Source: an uncultured Acidobacteriota bacterium (GTDB lineage: Bacteria; Acidobacteriota; Terriglobia; Terriglobales; Acidobacteriaceae). From it: a stretch of 64,000 bases of DNA. The notes under the pieces are model-generated. The model made no database searches. It worked only from the letters and a program-made list of their open reading frames with translations, and was not told the origin of the DNA. The position numbers and the translations under genes were made by a program. Positions within the stretch are counted from its first letter, which is position 1, and the number at the start of each line of letters is the position of its first letter. Below, piece after piece: positions 58,389 to 64,000 of this stretch. The DNA is taken from NCBI GenBank assembly GCA_963779365.1, contig CAVZYB010000030.1, forward strand, positions 90,117 through 154,116. Reading direction: 5' to 3'.

Positions 58389-59087
58389 TTACTTTTTCAG
58401 TGTGCGCACATAAGCAATCACAGCGTCCACGTCCTGCGGCGGGAGACGATGCCGGAACCCGGCCTCATCGATTTCAACCGGAGGCATCGCACGGCTTCCC
58501 TGCGTGATGAGTTCTTTAAACTCTGCGTCGGACTTGCCTTGCACGTCTGCTGAGGCGAGCCGCGGAATTGTTGTCTGGAAAAACTTATCGGCTCTCTCAT
58601 CGCCCTTGCCGTCCGAGCCATGACATCGGCCGCACGTGAGATTGTAAGCCGCCTTTCCGGAGACGGTTCCTGTCTGGTCGAGTACGGAAACCATCAAAAC
58701 CTCGCGATGGTGGTTGGCCGGGGTGCGGTGCAGGAGTACTCCACCCGCCCCAGGTAGCCATATTTCGGAGAGCACGCGACCGCTCTCGGTTTTGTCAAAC
58801 ACGACAGACCCATCGCGGAGAAATTCGGCCGGCCCGCTAAGCCGAGTGATGATGTTCGTGTGAATTATCCCGAGGCTCTCCGACTTCACTGCGAGCCCAA
58901 AGTTGTCTACTGCAAAAGTGTACTTCCCCGCTGGCAGCACCTTCGAACCAACCGTAAACTCATGTGGGATATCGAAGCGCATGGCCTGGCCTGTCTGCGC
59001 CAATGCCGCGCCTACCGCGAAGAATGCGACGAGAAGGAAAGCCATGAGGCTTCTCGCCATCACGCCCCAAGTTTTCATCTGCTGCAT
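58389..59087 (-). CDS. Secreted protein with an unknown N-terminal beta domain and a C-terminal mono-haem c-type cytochrome domain
   Basis: Signal peptide MKTWGVMARSLMAFLLVAFFAVGAALAQ. CGRCH haem-binding motif. Distal Met candidate in GSRAMPP. ATG at 59085-59087 follows AGGAGG; the track ORF extends to 59219. Confidence 0.75.
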   Translation of the reverse strand: MQQMKTWGVMARSLMAFLLVAFFAVGAALAQTGQAMRFDIPHEFTVGSKVLPAGKYTFAVDNFGLAVKSESLGIIHTNIITRLSGPAEFLRDGSVVFDKTESGRVLSEIWLPGAGGVLLHRTPANHHREVLMVSVLDQTGTVSGKAAYNLTCGRCHGSDGKGDERADKFFQTTIPRLASADVQGKSDAEFKELITQGSRAMPPVEIDEAGFRHRLPPQDVDAVIAYVRTLKK

Positions 59088-59601
59088 ACTTGATGACCTC
59101 CTGTTGTTTGTACGGATTGGGTTGAGTTTGAATTCGCCAGTTGACCGCGCGATTTCAGTGATGGTCGGAATCATCATCAGACCGTTCGAAGATCGTTTGT
59201 CAGAGCCGCAATTTGCCAATGAACCGCCTGAAGTGAGAGAAGCGGACGATCATGGCCAATAACAGCACGCGATTCTCCAAAAACTTGAAATCTGCTATGG
59301 AGAGTGGACATGGGCGTTACGACAACCACGGCCTGCGAGAGATGTTCCCGTAATGTCTTTCCAATATTGTGAAAGCAGATGAAATCCAGCTTTCGTCTTG
59401 GGTTGGATTCTTCTCAGGCGTGAATAGATGCATTCAATTTTGCCGCCGGCTGGCAAAAGAATTGACACAAGAGAAAAAGCGATGAGACGAAAACTCGCCA
59501 TGAATGTCCACGAGTGCTTTGGCATAAGCGTCTTCACGAATAGGAGAGCGATGCTGGAGATCCCTGTTGCCTTGCCATCGCCTTTACGACATCATTCTCG
59601 C

Positions 59602-60528
59602 ATGAAGCCAGTCCGGTTCTTGCCGTTGTTCCTGGTCGCCGCATTTGCCTGTGGGCAAGGCGTGCAGGCAGCGCATGCTCCCGGAGCCGCCGGCCAGTCC
59701 GCGGAGCCAGCATCTCGCAACGCCGCCACCCGGGAAGATGTCGCACGGAATCCAGCGGCGCCTCGCTCCCTGCCTGATCCCGTTGAACTCGTTCGCCGCC
59801 TGAAGGCTAATCAAAAGCAGCTTGAGGAGCAGCGCAAGGACTATATCTGTGAGTTCACTGAGGAGACCCGCACCCTCGATGGCAACGGCGCGGCGAAGAA
59901 AACGGAGACGAAAGGCTACGATCTGTTCTTCGACAGCGGCTACCCAATCACTCGCCTGGTGAGCAAGGAGGGCAAACCACTGGACGAGCGCGAGGTTCAA
60001 AAGGAGGGACAACGCGTCGACGAGGAGATAAAGAAGGCTCGAGAACTCGCCGCACAGCACGCACAGAACGATGAGAATCCCGATGAGGTGCGCATCGACC
60101 AAATCCTGCATGCCACGGTGATGAAGAACGGACGCTACGAAACTTACCGGGGCCGCGAGACATTGGTCTATGACTTCGAGCCTAACCCTCAGTTTCAGCC
60201 GCACAATCGCGCCGAGGGCCTCGCCAACAAGTTGGGCGGAACCGTGTGGATCGACGCTCAGGACGTAGAGGTTGCGCGACTGGAGGCCCGCATAGTCGAC
60301 AGTTACAAAGTTGCGGGCGGGCTGCTGGCCTCCGTCAAAAAGGGTTCAGACCTGATCGTCGAACAGGATCGTGTCAATGGCGAGGTCTGGCTGCCATCGC
60401 TTCTCGACTTCAGCCTGGACGCGCGCTTTATGTTGTTCAAATCCGTGCACGAGCGCATCCTCGACCATTTCTCCAGCTATCGCAAGTTTCGCGTGGAGAC
60501 CACAATCAAACCGGCGGAGCAGCAATGA
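59602..60528 (+). CDS. Secreted hypothetical protein, possibly LolA-like / outer-membrane lipoprotein-sorting fold
   Basis: Signal peptide MKPVRFLPLFLVAAFACGQG. C-terminal GGTVWIDAQDVEVARLEARIV...GEVWLPSLLDFSLDARFMLFKSV. Start taken at ATG 59602; the track ORF starts at 59428. The fold assignment is pattern-based only. Confidence 0.45.
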   Translation: MKPVRFLPLFLVAAFACGQGVQAAHAPGAAGQSAEPASRNAATREDVARNPAAPRSLPDPVELVRRLKANQKQLEEQRKDYICEFTEETRTLDGNGAAKKTETKGYDLFFDSGYPITRLVSKEGKPLDEREVQKEGQRVDEEIKKARELAAQHAQNDENPDEVRIDQILHATVMKNGRYETYRGRETLVYDFEPNPQFQPHNRAEGLANKLGGTVWIDAQDVEVARLEARIVDSYKVAGGLLASVKKGSDLIVEQDRVNGEVWLPSLLDFSLDARFMLFKSVHERILDHFSSYRKFRVETTIKPAEQQ

Positions 60529-60870
60529 TCGCGCGGGCGCTGATTGCAAGCTCTCCCCTCACGGTGCGCAGTACAAACTACATGGTTAATCCCAAGGAAA
60601 CTGAGGGTAACCAATTAGAGAGCTAGCCTCCGGTGCGGGTTATCGTAACTCGACTCGTATTCTTCGCGGGCGCTGGCTCAGCCACGAAGACTTCCATCAC
60701 CCCTCCAACTGCAAACTCGTAAAAGGCAACTTCTCTCATTGTGCCGTGTTCATGAGAGCTGAAGAACTCGAAGCCGCAAGGCACAACCCGAATGCAATTG
60801 TGTAAGAACCAGGCAACTGAAAACTCCTCATCACACTTGTCCGGGCAAACCGCGAAGGAAAGGTTTAACT

Positions 60871-61965
60871 ATGCGTAGAGCTCGTTTCTCCCGCTTGCTG
60901 GCACTCATCGTGCTTATGCTGGCCATACCCGCCGCATCATTTGCCGGTATTTTCGTTTCCATCACGGTGGCTCCGCCGCCGCTTCCCGTCTATGTGCAGC
61001 CAGTTTGCCCTCAACCCGGCTATATGTGGTCGCCCGGATACTGGTCGTGGGGCGATGAAGGCTATTATTGGGTTCCGGGAACCTGGGTTCCGGCGCCAGC
61101 GGTTGGCATGCTCTGGACACCCGGATACTGGGGCTGGTCTGGTGGATACTACCGCTGGAATGCCGGATACTGGGGACCTCATATCGGCTTCTACGGCGGC
61201 GTTAACTACGGCTTCGGCTACGGCGGCGCGGGATTCGTCGGTGGTGAATGGCGCGGCGGCGGATTCTTTTACAACAGTGCAGTGCTGAACGTAGGCGGCG
61301 GCGCTCACTTCACCAATGTCTACGTGAATAAGACGGTCATCGTAAACAACACGACCATTGTGAACAATGTGAGTTATAACGGCGGCTCCGGCGGCATCAG
61401 AAGCGCGCCTACTCCGGTCGAGCAGCAGGCGGCACAGGAGCACCACATCCAGGCAACGCCGGAGCAAACGCAGCATGAAACCGCCGCCGCCAGGAACCCT
61501 CAGCTACTGGCAAAGAACAACGGCGGAAAACCCGCGATTGCCGCGACATCAAAACCCGCCGATTTCTCGCCCAAGAGCGTTGTGCCTGCAAAAGCCGCGG
61601 GCGGAAAAGTGGAACCCGCAACCCTGAACGCTTCAGCAAAAACCATGCCATCCGCGACGAGGACCGCACCCGCCGCACCTCACGCGGCCTCAACCGCTGG
61701 AGCTGCTCCGAACAATCGTAACTTTCCTAAGCCGCCGGGCGCCTACGCGAAGCCCTCCTCCGCAACCGGCAACACGTCGGCCAACCAGGCCTTCTCACGT
61801 CCTCCGGCGAACAACGCCGCGCCCCATGCTCCGGGCAATTATCACCCTTCCACTCCGGCGCCACGCCCGCAGAGTCCGACTCCGCACCCCAGCCTGGCGG
61901 CCCATTCCAGCGCGCCTCCGAAGCCCCAGAACAAACCGGCGCCGAAAGAGCACGAGAAGCGCTAA
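60871..61965 (+). CDS. Secreted YXWGXW/WxxGxW-repeat protein with an Asn/Val/Thr-rich segment and an Ala/Pro-rich tail
   Basis: Signal peptide LLALIVLMLAIPAASFA. PGYMWSPGYWSWGDEGYYWVPGTWVPAP..WTPGYWGWSGGYYRWNAGYWGPHIGFYGG. NVYVNKTVIVNNTTIVNNVSYNGG. Confidence 0.7.
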   Translation: MRRARFSRLLALIVLMLAIPAASFAGIFVSITVAPPPLPVYVQPVCPQPGYMWSPGYWSWGDEGYYWVPGTWVPAPAVGMLWTPGYWGWSGGYYRWNAGYWGPHIGFYGGVNYGFGYGGAGFVGGEWRGGGFFYNSAVLNVGGGAHFTNVYVNKTVIVNNTTIVNNVSYNGGSGGIRSAPTPVEQQAAQEHHIQATPEQTQHETAAARNPQLLAKNNGGKPAIAATSKPADFSPKSVVPAKAAGGKVEPATLNASAKTMPSATRTAPAAPHAASTAGAAPNNRNFPKPPGAYAKPSSATGNTSANQAFSRPPANNAAPHAPGNYHPSTPAPRPQSPTPHPSLAAHSSAPPKPQNKPAPKEHEKR

Positions 61966-61982
61966 ATACCTACCAGGCAATT

Positions 61983-62024
61983 CACAGAGAGTACCCCAGG
62001 CGGGGTACTCTCTGTGTTCGTCTT
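61983..62024 (+). terminator. Rho-independent terminator after the WxxGxW-repeat gene
   Basis: CACAGAGAGTACCCCaggcGGGGTACTCTCTGTG followed by TTCGTCTT. 15-bp perfect stem. Confidence 0.75.
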
Positions 62025-62239
62025 CGGCCAGGCACTGAATCGTATTTGGTGCCCGCGTGTGCGCAACCTGAGCGGCCACAGACTGTTCGTCCGGCATAGG
62101 AACTGTGCCCTCGGCGCCATTTGCCAAAAGGTCCGCTACTCTCCGCGAAACTAAGTGCCTTAAACAGGGTTTGTACTTGGGACGACCAGTGTCTTAAACA
62201 GTGCAGCTCGATTAAGCTGCTATTTGGGAGTGAGTTCAT

Positions 62240-63391
62240 ATGAAATTTATGACAGGTACAAAAAGTGCCGACGGATTCGGAGGTGTCCTGCATGGCGTTC
62301 TGCAATCGCGGCAGGATACGCTGGCGATTGCGCCGCAAATTGGACAGATGGTTCGGCAGGGACTGGCGGTCGTTCTCAGCGGGCTTATGATCATGGTGCC
62401 GATGGGCCAGCAGGCCTTCGCACAAGAGCCGCTACCAATCCCGCCGCTTGAGCAGCAGCAACAGCAGCAGGCTCCGCCTCAGGCGGCAGCCGACCAGCAG
62501 CAGGTGCCGGAGGCCCAGCCGTTGACCAATGACCAGATCGATCAGCTCGTGGCTCCCATCGCGCTTTATCCCGACGCCCTGGTGGCGCAGGTTTTGGCTG
62601 CGGCGACCTATCCCACGCAGGTGATACAAGCGGATCGCTGGCTACAGGATCAAGGAAACACCACCAAGCCTGAGCAGATTGCGGCCGGCGCGGAAACTCA
62701 GAACTGGGACGCCAGTGTGAAGGCGCTCACCGCGTTTCCAGCGGTTCTGGCGCAGATGGATAAGAATCTGCAGTGGATGACCGACTTGGGCAACGCCTAC
62801 TACAACCAGCCAGAGGACGTGATGGACGCGGTACAGGCGATGCGCCAGAAAGCCCAGGCCGCCGGTAATCTGAAGAGCACGCCGCAGCAGACGGTAACGC
62901 AGCAGCCAGCCGGCCCGATCGAGATTGCGCCAGCTAACCCAACCGTCGTGTACGTTCCGGTGTATAACCCGTGGGGCGTCTATGGCGCGCCGGTTGCGGT
63001 CTATCCTGGCTTCTACTACGGACCGCCCCCGGGAATCTTCTGGGGCGGACTCGCGGTCGGTTTTGGCGTCGGCATTGGAATCGGTCTTTTCGCTCCCTAC
63101 GGCTGGGGTTGGGGACACTGGGGAGTCGGCTGGGGTCCTGGCTTTGGTTATCGCGGAGCGGTGATCTTCAACCACACCACCTACCTCACGCGTAGCGCGA
63201 CGGTGATCAATCGCGGCTTTGCTCGTCCTGGTGGACCACCGCGCGCCTTTGCCGGAGCGCGTGGAGCCTATGCGCGGCCGGGTGGATTCAACCGTCCCGG
63301 CTACAGCCACCCGGTTGCTGTTAATCGGGCGTCGGTGAACCGACCGAGGATGTCACGCCAGAGACATGCTGACGGCGAACATACGCGCTAA
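62240..63391 (+). CDS. DUF3300-domain secreted protein with a Gly/Trp-rich C-terminal region
   Basis: LVAPIALYPDALVAQVLAAATYPTQVIQADRWLQ, NWDASVKALTAFPAVLAQMDKNLQWMTDLGNAYYNQPEDVMDAVQAMRQKA, matching DUF3300 motifs as I recall them. Confidence 0.75.
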   Translation: MKFMTGTKSADGFGGVLHGVLQSRQDTLAIAPQIGQMVRQGLAVVLSGLMIMVPMGQQAFAQEPLPIPPLEQQQQQQAPPQAAADQQQVPEAQPLTNDQIDQLVAPIALYPDALVAQVLAAATYPTQVIQADRWLQDQGNTTKPEQIAAGAETQNWDASVKALTAFPAVLAQMDKNLQWMTDLGNAYYNQPEDVMDAVQAMRQKAQAAGNLKSTPQQTVTQQPAGPIEIAPANPTVVYVPVYNPWGVYGAPVAVYPGFYYGPPPGIFWGGLAVGFGVGIGIGLFAPYGWGWGHWGVGWGPGFGYRGAVIFNHTTYLTRSATVINRGFARPGGPPRAFAGARGAYARPGGFNRPGYSHPVAVNRASVNRPRMSRQRHADGEHTR

Positions 63392-63415
63392 CCAAACTTG
63401 GAATAAGGTCACAAA

Positions 63416-63447
63416 GGGAGATCCTTCGGGGTCTCCTTTTACATTTT
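63416..63447 (+). terminator. Rho-independent terminator after the DUF3300 gene
   Basis: GGGAGATCCttcgGGGTCTCC followed by TTTTACATTTT. Confidence 0.7.
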
Positions 63448-63655
63448 AAAGATCCCGCGCTCAAGAATAGCCTTGCAGGGCGGAGGCGCCGCAAGAGGGG
63501 CTAACCTTAGTTCCAAAATACGTGCTCTGGTTTCAGGGAAAACGGCATACGCGGGGGCACCAACATTTAATTCGCAAGGCACATCTGAGAGATCTAGGGC
63601 CTTCCGGGAGCGTCGGACGGACTCAGCGTGGCAAGGTGTGTTTCAAAGGAGTGTC

Positions 63656-64000
63656 ATGCGAATTCTGCTATATAACCCTGACAACGGGGTCACCCGCAAC
63701 TTCATGCCCCACCTCTGGATGTTCCTGCTGCAAGCACTTACACCTCCCGGTCATGAAGTCCTGCTGGTCGACGGCAACGCCCAACCTATGGACGAAACCC
63801 AAATTGCGCAATTCGTCCGCGACCAGAAGATCGGGCTTGTTGGTATCGGAGCCATGACCAGGATGGTCGCCAGGGCTTATCGCATGGCTGATGCTATTCG
63901 CGCGACGGGAGTTCTGGTGGTCATGGGAGGGCCGCACGTGACCGAAGAGGCCGATGAAGCTCTCGGCCGCGATGGTGGACCGCGCCATGCCAATGCCGTT
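63656..64000 (+). CDS. B12-binding-domain radical SAM protein, N-terminal fragment (runs off the window end)
   Basis: Not in the ORF track because it is open-ended. My own read from ATG 63656 (AAGGAG 5 nt upstream) gives MRILLYNPDNGVTRNFMPHLWMFLLQALTPPGHEVLLVDGN...IGLVGIGAMTRMVARAYRMADAIRATGVLVVMGGPHVTE, the typical N-terminal B12-binding-like domain of class B radical SAM enzymes. Confidence 0.6.
   Translation, partial: MRILLYNPDNGVTRNFMPHLWMFLLQALTPPGHEVLLVDGNAQPMDETQIAQFVRDQKIGLVGIGAMTRMVARAYRMADAIRATGVLVVMGGPHVTEEADEALGRDGGPRHANAV

Noticed and set aside
59451-59466. Sigma-54-like promoter TGGCAAAAGAATTGAC about 140 nt upstream of 59602.
   Set aside because: The -24 GG is correct, but the conserved -12 GC is GA here. 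It is a single occurrence and no enhancer-binding protein gene is nearby.
59295-59537. 80-aa minus-strand ORF with one hydrophobic segment in the cytochrome c / 59602 divergent region.
   Set aside because: No SD, no recognisable family, and it overlaps the likely promoter and 5' UTR of 59602-60528. Insufficient support.

Overview
GC-rich (about 58-60% by eye) bacterial chromosomal segment. The gene content (futalosine-pathway mqnE plus a UbiA prenyltransferase, Flp pilin, DUF3300 and WxxGxW secreted proteins, PAS/GGDEF sensors) suggests an Acidobacteriota-like soil bacterium; this is inference, not a search result. I support about 45 protein genes. Housekeeping: aceE/aceF, secA, rfbB/rfbA, glgP, rmuC, an acyl-CoA ligase, M16 and M48 peptidases, lactate and APC permeases, two aldo/keto reductases and a Zn-ADH. 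Regulators: a FliA-type sigma, an HPF-sigma fusion, a GGDEF-EAL sensor and a REC-PAS-histidine kinase. The most interesting locus is a 10-kb minus-strand array (16574-26852) built only from circularly permuted ATP-grasp, alpha-E and transglutaminase-fold domains. It is a predicted peptide-ligase/peptidase system known only from comparative genomics, and here two module types sit in tandem with overlapping start/stop codons and a 12-codon upstream micro-ORF. Other signals: (1) a family of intergenic REP-like hairpins (12-bp stem, 7-nt pyrimidine loop) with compensatory substitutions between copies; (2) two AT-richer islets of small unknown ORFs (40.6-43.3 kb and 47.8-49.5 kb); (3) an HPF/RaiA domain fused to an ECF-like sigma domain; (4) paralogous Trp/Gly-rich secreted proteins. 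At least about 30 apparent single-base frame disruptions are clustered in a subset of genes, including essential secA and aceE, while neighbouring long genes are intact. I read this as a sequence-quality problem rather than biology. Those genes are typed 'pseudogene' only because the sequence as given cannot encode them intact. I recognised no rRNA, tRNA, CRISPR array, transposase or integrase.
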